DNA of 61,240 bases, counting the filler, from Sphacelaria rigidula (Eukaryota): the NCBI GenBank assembly GCA_964200075.2. It is 6 parts of 6 records of this genome, joined end to end, with 100 filler letters (N's around TTAATTAATTAA, not from the genome) between each part and the next. Parts side by side here need not be neighbours in the genome. Positions count along the whole stretch, not along the records: positions 1 to 10,125 come from CAXNAA020007085.1; positions 10,226 to 20,349 come from CAXNAA020007086.1; 4 more parts are not named here. One strand, given 5' to 3'. Positions 1 through 12,339 of this stretch are shown piece by piece. The notes beneath the pieces were generated by a model. The model was not told the DNA's origin. It saw only the letters and a program-made list of their open reading frames with translations, and ran no database searches. The translations under genes were made by a program, and so were the position numbers. Position 1 is the stretch's first letter. Every line of letters begins with the position of its first letter.

Positions 1-1
1 G

Positions 2-33
<32 letters not shown>

Positions 34-44
34 GGTACAGAGTA

Positions 45-344
45 AACAACGTTTTCGTGAGATTGAGAGTAGAATGCTGATTGAGAGCGGCTTTGATCAT
101 TCGCTTTAACGAAGCCAATTTTTCATTCCGTGTCTGCTTTTCTTTGTCTCCATCACTAGCGTGTGCTTACAGCTACACGTCGATATCCTACACAGAGATA
201 TCAAGGGCCTCAGTGGCGAGCTACTAAATAAAGCATATCGGGCCTCATGGAGGTGCATATCGGAACTGAAGCTATTCAGTCACTCATTGACTGCTTTTGA
301 GTCTCGATCGTATCCTCTACTCTCAATCTCACGAAAACATTGTT
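45..344. mobile_element. MITE, ~29-bp TIRs, AAC...GTT termini, 4-bp TSD AGTA
   Basis: 45-73 AACAACGTTTTCGTGAGATTGAGAGTAGA is the reverse complement (1 mismatch) of 316-344. AGTA lies directly on both sides (41-44, 345-348). Confidence 0.8.
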
Positions 345-660
345 AGTAGTAAGTCGAGTATCGGGTGGTACGCACAGTACTGGCACAATCTCTAAACGCG
401 GTACTAGCAACACCTTTACAGACAGTATAGGCAGGACCTCTATGAAGAGTAAGTGCAATCAACAGAACAAGCCGAGACAGCAATGAGCAGGCAAACGCCA
501 AGTGCTTCGTCGGCGAAGAATGCGGCGAAAATAATATCGAATCAAACGCAGCATGACTGAGAGCAGACAAACACCACGCCACAGCAACAGCCCCTGGCTC
601 TAGCTCCAGACACATGCGTTGTATCACATAAACGGAACGGCTCTTGACAGACAGGAAAGC

Positions 661-1175
661 ACCTGTCTCATCCGTGTTCCATCTGTGGCCAGTTGCTCGC
701 TTTTCCTTGTGCACGTAGTCCTCACAGGCCGCATAAAACTCCGGCATGCGATCTTCTTCGTCGGCCGCACCACCCTGTCGGCCTTGTAGATGCGGTTGCT
801 GCGCTCACCTGGCCGCGGGTGCCTCCGAAGGAACAAGCCGGGCCATGTTCGACCTGAGCCTACTGTCGGGTCCTATGGCACCGGTCGGTTGTCGCTCCAG
901 AGTGCCATAGCAGCCTGTTTCAGGCCATCTCTCTTCAGGCCCGTTGACGAGCTGCGGCAATTTTTCAGCATATCTCCGATGGAATTTTCTTCCTACCTCG
1001 ACAATACAGTACCCGGACCAACCCTGCCAGCTATGCCCACGCTACCACTGAGACGCTTCTGAGGCGAACCAACGAAGCTTTCAAAGGTCTTTGCAGTAGC
1101 ATGGAAGGTCATGCGACCGCTGCGTACCGCTTCTACGGCCTCTGCACGCTCTGGGTCCACCTTCACCCTCTGCAT
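661..1175 (-). pseudogene. Pogo/CENP-B-like (Tc1/mariner superfamily) transposase N-terminal pseudogene
   Basis: MQRVKVDPERAEAVEAVRSGRMTFHATAKTF...GRVGPGTVLSR*EENSI...LKQAAMAL...GRTWPGLFLRRHP...(frameshift)...EFYAACEDY...RWNTDETG. This gives HTH_psq-like and CENP-B HTH-like segments followed by the first catalytic N.DETG motif. Two in-frame stops and one frameshift. Confidence 0.75.
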
Positions 1176-2053
1176 GGTTAGAAACCGATCGACCAAAAAG
1201 CCGATTTTGAAAAAAGACACACACGCCCTTATTCACAGTGCTGTGGGATGGTGATTTCTGATACAAAAGGCACGTGCATTAGGTCAAAAGAAGCGTCGTG
1301 CTCTTGCGTACACGCAGCAAAAAACAGAATGGAAAACAATCAATATTTCGCGGAGTTATGGACGATTAAACAAAAGAGTACGTTAATTTGTACCGTACCG
1401 AAATTGGGACGTTTACTCTATCTGCGAAACATCGTCTGCGGCTAAAGTAGAGTGCCCTAAAAGAGGTGCATGAACCATTTTCTTGTATTTGTAATCGTAA
1501 CATGCGCCGGTGACTCACAAAGCAAGCGCGGACAAAAGCCGCTGGGTATGCGCTGCTATTGCTGACGCCCTTCGTGTCCAAGGTGGCGTGGACGCTTCAG
1601 GATAGATCTCTCGGCAAGTTTAGCAGGACAGGTGCGGTGGACCACCGTGGTGTCTTAACAATATTGGATACTCCAGCAGTGAACTCATCCATCACCGCGG
1701 TGTTTGGTGGCTGAAAATCTTGTGCACTAATAAATCCAGCCATGTATGACTCTAGCCTCTCTTTGAACGGACACAGCAACATTTTCGACCAGTTCCGATC
1801 ACCCTCAATCACTGCTGGTCGGTCTTTTGGGAAGCACTCGTGGTTTCTGCGCACAGCACTCTCCCAGCAGACCTTCGAACGCACCACTTACCCCGAGCAA
1901 AACGCCGAAGTACTCCGCAGATTTCAGCTGTAATCATGCTATTCTTGCAACGATTTTTTCTCCGTAAACGGAAGGAGCTCCCAATCCCCGCCTTCCTTGG
2001 AAACGATCGCCAAACAATGACCGCAAATATGTCAACACGGTAGCGATGTTCAC

Positions 2054-5000
2054 CTCGGTGCCGCACACGTATCTCTTGTCCGTCGAGAAGCCAACATTGT
2101 ACTTGCTCGCCCAGCCCGGAAAGTCTCGCCCGTCGCCCTACCAGTATGAGATTGTTCAATAATGCCGTAGGTCGTAAATGCGCTTATTCTGTCACTGGTG
2201 TACATGCAGAAGGTCTAATGCAATGGAGGGACAGATGCAGCTAGAGAAAGAGAAACGAACGGGCAGAAGTCCGAAAACCCTCCAGCAACGAGTTCGCGAG
2301 ATGTTGTTGCTGGGGAAAATATACCGTCCTGAACGTTCCTTGTAACGAAGGCTCACCAACGCTTCGTCAGTTTAACAACAAATCGGACTATGTTGGCGGG
2401 TACACTGTAGTTACGCCGCCATATCGGCAGATATTGGTACACATCGTCTACGATTCCGCCGCGGGCGTCAGCCCTGACGGTAGAACCGATGTCTTCGAGG
2501 CAGACGTATGCTCATGTAGTAGCGCTCCGATTATCATCGCGTTCGTGATATCTCTCAGATCGCATCAGTATTTCGCTTCGCATGATGCTCTTGGTATAGA
2601 CTCGACCTCCTCGTGAAAAGCAGAACTTTCAGTGGAGACCCAAACCCTCGATCGTAGAGGATTTCAATAGTTTCCAGCGTTACGTTGTACTACGTTATCA
2701 ATATGAGGGTAAGGACTGTGAACTCTTCATAGACTCGTTCTCTCACGAAGAAGCCGAGTCGATGTACTACTGACTTCACACGTACCGTGCAACGTGTCGG
2801 TGGGCCAAAGCCACAGCAGATTCCGTCTTTCTCTATCGTGACGAGCCTCTGATAGTACTTGGTGTAGTCGAGTGACAAGTAATTGTGCGACCTCCACACC
2901 AGCATCATGCCAGCATATCGATCAGAACGCGTGAACTCCAGGCACTCATCCACCGTGTGCTCCAAAGGTAGCTGGAAAAACACCATCACGCGTGCACCGA
3001 TCGACCCGTCGGTAGGCCGGCGGTTATCCATTACAATGAGACCCGAGAGCAGGAATGGACGGTGGCAGAACACACGGTAGATTCAGGCAGGAATAGAATG
3101 CAGCAGGCGCTATTCCATGGGCACCGAATTGTGAACGCAGGCGAAAACAATGTCGTCCTGAGTCTGCAGTGTAGAGCATGACGCCGGAAGCATCTGTGCG
3201 TCCGTATATCATACGATACCCATCAGTTGAAAATACTGCAATCAAGAATACGCATTCGACGTGTACGCAGCGTAGCTTCGACTGATATGATATCGAGACC
3301 ACTAACCCTCAGAAGGCAATCCAGTTGCATGCTCTCGCTGAAGTCCGCTTTCGTGTGCACGTACATCACCAAACCTAGGGTCAGCTGAAGTCCCGCTTGG
3401 ACCACGTCCATACAAATCGCCTGCGTTCGCGACGCGAGGTGAATAACGTTGCAATGCTTGTCATCAGGATTCGTAGTTTTCCAGAAATTGAGGATTATAT
3501 GAGTCGACATACATACACTCATCTTCCCACGAGGTTTGGCCTGCACACCCAACGTTGAAATATTGTATTCGCCGAGACAAGGTGTCATCAGTCGAGTGTC
3601 GGTTCGTGTTGGTTAGATGAAGCGCATATTCGTACTCCAACCACAAAGATAGCGGGCGTTAAAAGAGCACCTGAGGTTCAGCGATGAGGATGGGTTGCCA
3701 CGTATGAATTCCACGATGAGCGCAAGCAACGTATTGTCGCCAATTCTCGGACCCACGATATAAACACGTTCGAGGGCGAAAATAAATGTCCAACTATCTG
3801 CACGGATTGAGGGTTTTCGCGCCGAACTACTGAGGTCTGTTCGGGCATGCTTTGCTAGAGACAGGGGGGAGACAGATTGAGAGAGTTACAGGGAGACAGA
3901 GAGGAACAAGAGAGACAGAGGCAGAGACAGATAGACAGACAGACAGACAGACAGAGACGACAGAGACGACAGAAAGACAGACATAACAGCCGATCACGGA
4001 AACTGAGAATGGAGATTTTCATTGAGGATGAGAACCGACTCATGCCGAGATAGCCCCCCCACAAAAAGTGCACGTGAGACGGTGCGACAAAACGGCTGTG
4101 ATCCCACTATTGGGCTCGTTTGCAACAATTTCGCCTTAATGAGAGGCGTGGAGCAGTTCGAAATGAGCTATTATGCCCAAATAAGTCGCGTCGTGCAGCA
4201 CGAAACCAGCTATAACGGCATTTACGATCATCGCCTTCGTTCACTTTTTTGGCCGGTTCGGGGGGGGGGCTATCTCGGCAGCAGTCAACCCGCAAAAATA
4301 TATCTTCGTACCCACGCCAGATCTTCGAAACATGGTTCCATTCCTTCACCTACTGGTAGCTATCGACAACTACTGCACGCCGTACAGATTTAGATCCTGA
4401 TGACCGATATGTTGGGGTCCTAGGTGAAGAAAGAATTTTGAGGAATCCAGGTGATCCGATCGGATCGTCGAAATTTCCCCAAAATGCTCTTTCACCTAGG
4501 GTCCCAACATTTCGGTTATCGAAATCCAAATTTGTACGGCGTGCAGTAGTTGTCAGCAGCTATCCGTAAGTGAAGGAATGGAACTATATTTCGAAGATTT
4601 GGAGTGGATACGAAGAATTTCTTTCTCCGGGTTCTTATCCCCAATGAAAAGCTCGATCCTCAATTTCGATTACTGGCTGTTACATGGACACATAGACGCA
4701 GAGACAGACATAGACACATAGACATAGACACTTTCTACGATAGCCCCCCCCCCCAAACCAGCCCAGGAGTGCCACGAAAAAAATGGCCATACAGCGCCTA
4801 ATGTTTGGGTACAGGCTGCATGAAACGCCTCACATTGGCGGCATTGGCTAGAACGAACCCAAACATTGGAACTCCCAGCTGCTCGTTGTGCTCAGCTTTT
4901 CCCATTTCGATTTACGTGAAGATTTTGCCTCCCAAGACCATGGACTTTTGGGGGGGGGGGCTATCGTAGAAAGTGTCCACACACGAACGCGGAGAGAGAG

Positions 5001-5709
5001 ACAGGGAGAGACAGGGAGAGACATATACAGAGACAGATACAGAGACAGAGACGCAGAGAGACACGGAGAGACAGAGAGAGAGAGAGAGCTCCTGTGATAG
5101 TTCCCCCCTCGTCATATCGGTGGATCGAAGTGGCAATACCAGAAAATGAAGCAACTCATTTGAGGCTGTCATCCATTCATATGAAAGATAAATAGTACAC
5201 TTTGGGCCGAACAGTCTTTGCTGGATAGATCACCCCTCATGCGACTCGCCGAACACATCACAGCGCTTCGCGCTTGGTGGTTGCAAGCGTGTCCGTTGAA
5301 AAACCGGCATGCTCCTTCTCGGCTTTGTAGGGATGTGAGATCACGAGCCCCCCCGTCACATCACTCGAAAAACAGACAGAGGGAGAGAGAGACAGGCAGA
5401 GACGCTGGCGGACGGAGAGACTCGGAGAGACACGGAGAGACACGGAAATCTCCGAACGGCGAATCTCACCACCAGAATGATGAATTTGTTGTGTCGCCGC
5501 ATGCCGGCGCGCAGGAGGATTGCAACTCCGGCATTCCAAAAACTAATTATAATGAGAAAGGCTCCAATTGCGGTCATTCCATGCCCAAAAGCCTGGGCCA
5601 GGTGGATGTTTCCGGCTATAATGCTCCCGGCGATGAGGAGGTATAGTGACACAAAGACCCGGATCGACCCAAGCGCCTTCGTGAACAACTCAAGGTTGTG
5701 ATTGGTGCA
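2054..5709 (-). CDS. Tetraspanin-like membrane protein (partial; exons 5709-5470, 3420-3307, 2971-2786, 2137-2054)
   Basis: Four exons, all phase 0 with AG/GT boundaries, join to CTNHNLELFTKALGSIRVFVSLYLLIAGSII...GAFLIIISFWNAGVAILLRAGMRRHNKFIILV|AICMDVVQAGLQLTLGLVMYVHTKADFSESMQLDCLLR|LPLEHTVDECLEFTRSDRYAGMMLVWRSHNYLSLDYTKYYQRLVTIEKDGICCGFGPPTRCT|GDGRDFPGWASKYNVGFSTDKRYVCGTE. Three hydrophobic helices precede a Cys-rich loop with the tetraspanin CCG motif. The start codon is uncertain (candidate ATG|gtaaga at 5952-5950) and the TM4 exon was not found. Confidence 0.75.
3985..4681. mobile_element. Foldback MITE, AAC...GTT termini, TSD ACAT; same family as 24740-25168
   Basis: Left end AACAGCCGATCACGGAAACTGAGAATGGAGATTTTCATTGAGGATGAGAACC mirrors the right end GGTTCTTATCCCCAATGAAAAG...CTGGCTGTT. 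ACAT at 3981-3984 and 4682-4685. The body is palindromic around CCGATCGGA (~4460) and aligns with 24740-25168. Confidence 0.8.
4037..4286. mobile_element. Nested MITE, GAC...GTC termini, GCCGAGATAG(C)n TIRs, TSD AACC
   Basis: GACTCATGCCGAGATAGCCCCCCCC / GGGGGGGGGCTATCTCGGCAGCAGTC. AACC at 4033-4036 and 4287-4290. Inserted in the left arm of 3985-4681. Confidence 0.8.
4727..4977. mobile_element. MITE, GAC...GTC termini, GACACTTTCTACGATAG(C)n TIRs, imperfect TSD CATA/CACA
   Basis: About 30-bp near-perfect TIRs sharing the GATAG(C)n motif with 4037-4286. Flanks are CATA (4723-4726) and CACA (4978-4981). Confidence 0.75.
5090..5348 (+). repeat. Dispersed repeat (MITE-like), second copy at 14752-15001
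   Basis: Shares CAGAAAATGAAGCAAC..GAGGCTGTCATC, CTCATGCGACT and AAAACCGGC...CGGCTTTGTAGGGATGTGAG with 14752-15001. Confidence 0.65.
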
Positions 5710-8229
5710 CTGCGGAATTGAGAAATGGCGAGGAGGGCGGAAAACGAAGTCTGCAATTTTTGGCGGGCCACCGCACTGGATACGCTAGTATATGTACAGA
5801 TTGATACGGGTTGCACAATTAATTAATGGCGCTGGATGGAAATATGCACGCACTGTTGTTGCTGTTGTTATTGTTGTTGTAGAGAATGAGGTGAAGCGGC
5901 ACGTAAACCACATGCAAACTATGAAACATCTTATATATCATGTTCTTACCATCTCGCCATTTTATCCTTGGCGATTGCGTGCAGCGTATAAGTCGATAGG
6001 GAGAAGCTGCCGAGATCGTCTTCGACGAGACTGTCAGAGGCCAATAGGTCGCGCAAGATACAATTGTACCGCCTGCTTATCTGTGCAGCATTCTTGTTCA
6101 GACCCGTGGTCGACACGTCGATACTCATACTCCCATGGTAAAAATTCGGACGATTAATGATTTTTCGCCCCGACACAAAGATGGTCTGCTTAGCCAATAT
6201 TAAAGAAAGCATTTACTCATGTTATATCGAATAGGAAAGCCGTAGAGGGGTCGATGATGAAAAGGCAACGGTCATTAAACGTACAAGGCGTTATTTTGTT
6301 GGATTATGACACTACTCGAGTTTCTTACGTCCAGAGGCCTCTCTCCTTTTTCCACGCTCCCTGTACCGTGCGGTTAACAAGACCACTTTTATCGAGACGT
6401 CAGAGTCTACCCGCCTCGGATATACCATACGTATCTCTTCTTCTCACCGGGGTGGAATCAATACGGCGTGATATCCCGAAATATTTGCTTGAGTGGTGAC
6501 TAAACAGGACAAGGAAGACCGCGCAACGCTGTGAGCTGCTGGACAGACAGCAGTCACTACAACAGCAGTACAACAGACAGCAGTACGGGCGGTGCAGCTG
6601 GCGCCTTCACGCTCGGAGGAGGAGTTGACAAACCGATAATTGGTGTGCAAGCAACAAGAACTATGGCGGACGAAGTTACCAACATGCTGAGGCAGGCCCT
6701 TGCTGCCACGCAATCGGCAGACTCGACCCAGCGAAAGCAAGGTGTGCCATTTTGAAAACTCATCGCAAATGGCCGGTAACATGGTCCTGTTTGTACTGTA
6801 GTGAGCATACTGTATCACATTATCAACGGCGACGAAACCCTAGTTTTGCGCTCCGTCGTAGAGTACAGCATCGCACCCTGCTGCAGACATCACCGTTACA
6901 GACTGAAGTGCACTCTACATGGCCTCATTACCCAATTATCATGTACATGAAGCAAGGCTTAGGGTCCAGTGTACAGTTGTAGTGGGGTGCTCTCCTCAAG
7001 TTGTCATCCATTGCTGCCGCGCCCGGTTGTGTGCTGTGTGCGTGTCACACGGTACGCACACGACTGGATTCGTGGATTGGGGGCACACCAGGCGAGGAAA
7101 ATACACTGAAGAGAAGGATCCGGGAGAAGAAAGAAATCGACTTCGTAGCACCCGCCGCTGCTTTTTCGCGCGCGTTTGGCATCCCATGTAATGGTGGAGC
7201 TGAGTACGTCGCGATGTGATCGCATGGATTCCGACGGCTCACTTCTGTGTGGAGACAGCCAGCCCCATTTAGCACCAGAGCACCTTATTCTTCGTTGCTC
7301 TGGCTGTTCTCGATCCCTCCGCCGTGCTTTCCATTGGTCGGGCACATCGTGTCATGGGTGTCTACCCACGGCCAGCAGCCTGCTGCTATTACCGTTTCTC
7401 TGCAGTACGGAGGAGTATATCAAGTAGACCGTGCCGTAGTCTGAATAAGTATCGGGCGTATGATCAGGGCTACGGGCAGTATATTGGCGTGCGAGAGATG
7501 GGGGTTACTTTTTATTTTTTGTATTTCTACTGTTGTACTCTAAGGCTGCGGCATGCGCAGGTTGGTCCTGGGCGCACCTTGAAAGTCATCCCGCAGATTA
7601 TTAAAATTGCTTCGGTTGGTACGCATGACTTTTCGAGCGGGGGAATCTAGTGTTGATGAACGGGATGCGAGCGTCCGAGGGTGTTCTCGCAAAGCCTAGC
7701 GCACGATTTTTGATATTTTTTTCTGCGTAGCAGACCTTCCTCAACCGCCTCCGGTGCTTGATCTCTTTTCGGAACAAAATCACCGTCTGATGTTCGACGC
7801 TAGTAACCCCGACGCTACAGTACTGTCTAACTGAGCACTCCCTTCTCTTTGTTTACGAGAACCACGTGCGATAACATCATACGTATCGTGCACGTTCTGT
7901 TGTTTTCAACCCTTCCTTGGATGGTTGTTTATTTGGCCCAAGCGGCTGTTTTCAGCCTATTTCCAACGGCGGGCCCACTTGGGGTTTATCGGAGGAGGTC
8001 GGCACCCGAGGGTTTAAATCGCACAGGCCTGCCGCTCACCTAAATACTACAGGCCGGTTCAGGGTGAATGCCCGAAATTTATTCCCCAAAAGTCATCATT
8101 GGAATGGAGAGAACGTAGGTTTGATTCTCGATGCGTCGGGTTTTTCCTTCGAAAAAAATTACTTTCACCGTCGAAGGCGCGAGTACGTGAGTGAACAAGA
8201 AGTAGTTGACTGAATTCATTTGACAAGAG

Positions 8230-8375
8230 GTGATGCGGTGCGGGAGTGCTGACCTAACGTGGCTGCAAAATGTAATGACGCGTGTACTGTACCGGAGGAG
8301 AGATGAATGGGTTGTTGGCCAGTCCCTTGAGACCACGCACTCGTCCCGAGGAGGGGGGAGGGGTTCAAAGTGTGA
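8230..8375 (+). repeat. Dispersed repeat family (GAGACCACGGACTCGTCCCGAG core); other copies 52920-53062 (-) and 57312-57445 (+)
   Basis: Three copies on two contigs share GCGTGT.CCGG.G.AG..GGGTTG...TGAGACCA.G.ACTCGTCCCGAG.A.GGG.AGGG. Confidence 0.65.
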
Positions 8376-10125
8376 CCATAAGCAGTGAGCCCCACGAGCA
8401 AGCGAACAGCGTGAGTTACCCGGATTTTTCTTCCGTCCTTTGCCGTGGCGTTGGTAGTGGTAATTTTTCTCTGCCAATCGGGAGTCTTCAAACTGTTTTG
8501 AAATTATAAATTCTAATTCCCGACACAATTTGTACCCAGTCTCATCATAGAATCAAGCCTTGGTAACCGCCATCAGCTGGGGAATCTACTAATAACGCAG
8601 TAAACAGATTCGGAAACGGGTTGTATGGGATCGAGTTATACCCCAATGTGTGGCCTGTCAGTAATGTGGGATTTTGACGTCGTCATACTTCCACTGACAG
8701 AATGCATCAAAGACCCGAAAAGTCTCTCTGCGGTTTCCCTTGCACCTGTCATAAAAGCTCTTGTCATCCTCAGACTTGGCAGTCTGGTAGATATGGGTGC
8801 TTCAACTGAAGAAAAAAGTTGAAAATTGTTTCGGAGCTCATCTGCTCTTGACCGGCTTTCGAAGGTCCCAGCGAGAAGAAGCCGGTACGGATTGTCTCGT
8901 GAAAAAATATAATTTTTTAACTCGTCGGGAGGCAGTCCTGAGAACTTTTGTACAGCGTTCCGTTGCGCATCTCAAAAAGCTGGTTCCAAATGGCCGATGC
9001 GAGCTTTTAGACGCATAAGAAAAAGGTCGGTAGCATACTACGATCAAGTAAGCAGAGGGATTTCGCGTACATTTGTACACTTTAACGCACACGCGGGTTT
9101 TTTCAAGTTGGATGCTAAATTTTGCACGCGTGTGCCCCGGGATATGTCGAAATTCTGCATGAATTTCATCTTCGCCAGGTCTCCTGGACCCCGACAACTG
9201 GCGTATAAACAACAATCAAGACCTTTTTTTCAGAGTTTCGAAATATCCAAGAGCACACACGTGGGCAAAATTCCAGGATCTCACTCGGAAAACCGGCTTG
9301 AGAAATCGCTGGGGAGTTTATTTTGGTCGTCCACCTCTGAACCGGCCTGTATCACATATCGAAGAAATACGCCTGAAATAATTCCAAAACGAGCACGCGC
9401 ACCGCGACGGGTCACCGAAAGTCTTCACCTCATCCCTGTGTCTGTCCTGTGCCTCTCTCGACCATGCCACCCTGGTATTCTGACATGACGTTACCGTGCT
9501 ATGGATCATGCCACAATCGTGACGTGCTGCACCAGGGGCCTTGAGGCGATTGAAATCGATACAACGGATGATCGAAATACATCAATGCACTTGTACTCAC
9601 GTACTGTATCCCCGAGAGTGGTACTAACAGACGGAACTGACCAGACCACAGCGAGGTGCGTACTTTCCATACGCATCTCATGAGGTCGTAGACGCGTTTT
9701 GTTATCCGTCCTTTTTCCCGCAATCATGGGCGTGTGTAAAAAGTGAACGCTACAAAGGAGACAAGGAGTACCCGCGCATTACCCTCTTCAGAGTAGTATA
9801 CGTTGTTCACATCGGTTGCTTATGGTTTGTAATATATTGTTCATCTTTGAGAACACGAAGTGCAATTGTTGTAGTGTTTCTTTCTCCCCTCTCAAAGTAG
9901 ATTTACATACTTGTCAGTCAGTGTCGAGAGGTGTGATTTTGGCCCTAAAGTAAACTTACCGCAATTTTCACTCCACACCTGTCAGAAGTGTCATGTTTTT
10001 GCAACTTGCGTCTGCATCTTTGCCTGGTATACCGCCTTCTCGATCAAGCAGAACGAAAAATGGCACTCCCCACACACCCCAAACCAACACCAACCCGCCA
10101 CCCCACCAACACACACCCCCACAAC

Positions 10126-10225
10126 NNNNNNNNNNNNNNNNNNNNNNNNNNNNNNNNNNNNNNNNNNNNTTAATTAATTAANNNNNNNNNNNNNNNNNNN
10201 NNNNNNNNNNNNNNNNNNNNNNNNN
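10126..10225. other. Artificial contig spacer N44-TTAATTAATTAA-N44
   Basis: Identical 100-nt spacer at 10126, 20350, 30574, 40797 and 51019. The 12-mer has stop codons in all six frames. Confidence 0.97.
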
Positions 10226-12339
10226 ACCCTTTGGGGGGACGGAAGGCTAGAAAACCCACGAAATAGTTTCAGGGAGGTCGGGAGGGATGGGGTGGTCCAT
10301 ATGAAAGTCATTTGTCATGAATTTAGGCCAGGGAAAGCACGACTGACTTTCGAGTTGAATCTCATTTATTTTTTCAACCCCATTTTCGAAAATCGGCTGT
10401 TAAATCAAGTTTGTTGACGCTGTATCGTCTTATGTATACAGTACCTCAAGTTCAAAGTAGGGTATATGGTACTTTCTTCGTCATTGGCTATTTTCTTAGG
10501 TTCTTTCGCTTGCCATCGCTCATCACATTGGTTATCTGAAGATACTAGTATCCGCTGCACATTCCAAGAAAAAAAAACTCATCTGCACTCAATATTCAGT
10601 GACTTACGGGTTGACCGGCCCTCGGGGGTCCTGCCACTATTCAGCCCAGATTCTGACTCTTTGGTATTTTCGTACTTCCGGTCGATCGAGCCTGTCCCGA
10701 TCGTATTTGTGAAAAATTGAAATACCCTTTTCTTTCAAGTTACCTACCCATTGCACTAGAGCCGAAAACTGTGTTTCACGGTCGAAAAACCCTCCTGGTA
10801 AACGGGCTATCTACTTGTATCGCCCGATAACACCAACTAACACTAACTTGGGCACTGTGTTTTGAGGACGATCCGTTTTTTGTACCAGAATCTACCGACG
10901 CAAGCACTTTCGAGTTCTATCGAAGAGTATATATCATATTCTAGTACGCGAGAAAAAAGCCAAAACAACCCGTGCTACTTTGAACTTGAGGTACTATTAT
11001 ATACAGGACGTGGTCGTTCATGTGCATGCGTTCAACAACGCAGGATGAAGCATATTGATCGAGTACATGAAGCCATGGTGTTGAGGTATTTTTTCGTCAG
11101 GTAATCTTGGGCCCGCTCTTGTCGATGTCTCCTTACTGCACTGCAGACGTGGTTATACGCCGCACCTCCACCGACATGGTCGTAGCAATCTCCGGTTGGT
11201 TACATGAATGCTTGTTGTGGAATCATGCTCGATTGAGAGGAGGAAAATATCGATTGATTACACGAACGCTTGCTGTGGAAGCATGTTTTTCGTCGTGAGG
11301 CATCATGAGCACGCTGGTGTCCTGACAATACTGCAGACATGAAAATACGGCGCACCTCCACCGACATAGTCTTTTCACCCTGCGGTAGGACTGATGTCAT
11401 GATGATGTTGTCCGTCCTCTGGTTAACGTGTGGTGAATACTGTGCTATGAGAAGGAAGCCGGAAATGGAAGTGGGGTCAAGCGGGAATCACCGACATAAC
11501 GGATCAACGACTGAATCGGCGGGATATCGTGACGAAAAATGATGCGGTGAAAATGAAACCGTCTCAAAGCTGACCGACCGAAATACATAACAGTCCCGCC
11601 GCGTGTCTGTGACTACTTTGGTTGGGCATGCTGCAGCTGCATGCATGTCAAACACATGAAGAAACCCGACTCGCGTGTCGGCTCCACCACTGTAGTTGTA
11701 CTGCAGCGAGTAGGAGTACATCGACTCGTGAATAGGAACAATGGTTGAAGAGGATCCTTTGGCTGGGATCTTGGGCGATGCCAAGGTGGGAACGGGATCT
11801 CACTAGATCGAGGAGGTAGCCGGCTGGTGTAGGGGGTTGGTCATCCCGCTGATACTCCTGTAGCAAGTCGGACTTCAGCTATACTACTTCAGCTCCATCT
11901 CGAGGAATAACGCATCACCGTTGACTATTCGTGTTCTGGTGTGCGTGGTGTACTACGCTGTACTGTCCATAGAGTAGCCCGAGGCTCGTTGCTCTTGGTG
12001 GATATATCCTTTCGTTTACAAATACGGTGGCGATGATGATCATTTCGGAACAGTATCCAAGTCCACTGCGAGGGTGATCGAGAGAGCCGTAGAGATATGA
12101 TACAATGTGATGACGAAGCTCTGACTTGAGATTACGCAGCACTTCAGCCGTTCCTTACTTCTACTAAGTGAATGTATCAGGTACTCAAGACACCCCACGC
12201 CCAGCGGTGTTTGTGTGCCGTAATTGGCAAATTGTTGCACAAACGAATGAGTGCAGCTCTGAGGCGTCGATTCGGGCAGAAGAAGCGAATTCGCAGCACA
12301 TTGTGCTTGTTGCAGTGGGGCCGTGTCTTATTAGATGCC

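Larger units (their letters stand above)
3856..5443. repeat. Degenerate GA/GACA microsatellite interrupted by several MITE insertions (intron of tetraspanin-like gene)
   Basis: GAGACA/GACA-rich tracts at ~3856-3984, 4686-4726, 4982-5088 and 5372-5443, separated by TIR elements. Confidence 0.75.

Noticed and set aside
1597..2040. Minus-strand ORF as the missing final tetraspanin exon
   Set aside because: No hydrophobic TM4 and no convincing phase-compatible splice sites.
6414..7500. Possible LTR/gag start (MADEVTNMLRQALAA...)
   Set aside because: Short ORF with no gag, protease or PBS motif I could confirm.
10170..10181. TTAATTAATTAA (PacI-like) regularly spaced motif
   Set aside because: Assembly linker embedded in Ns, not biological.
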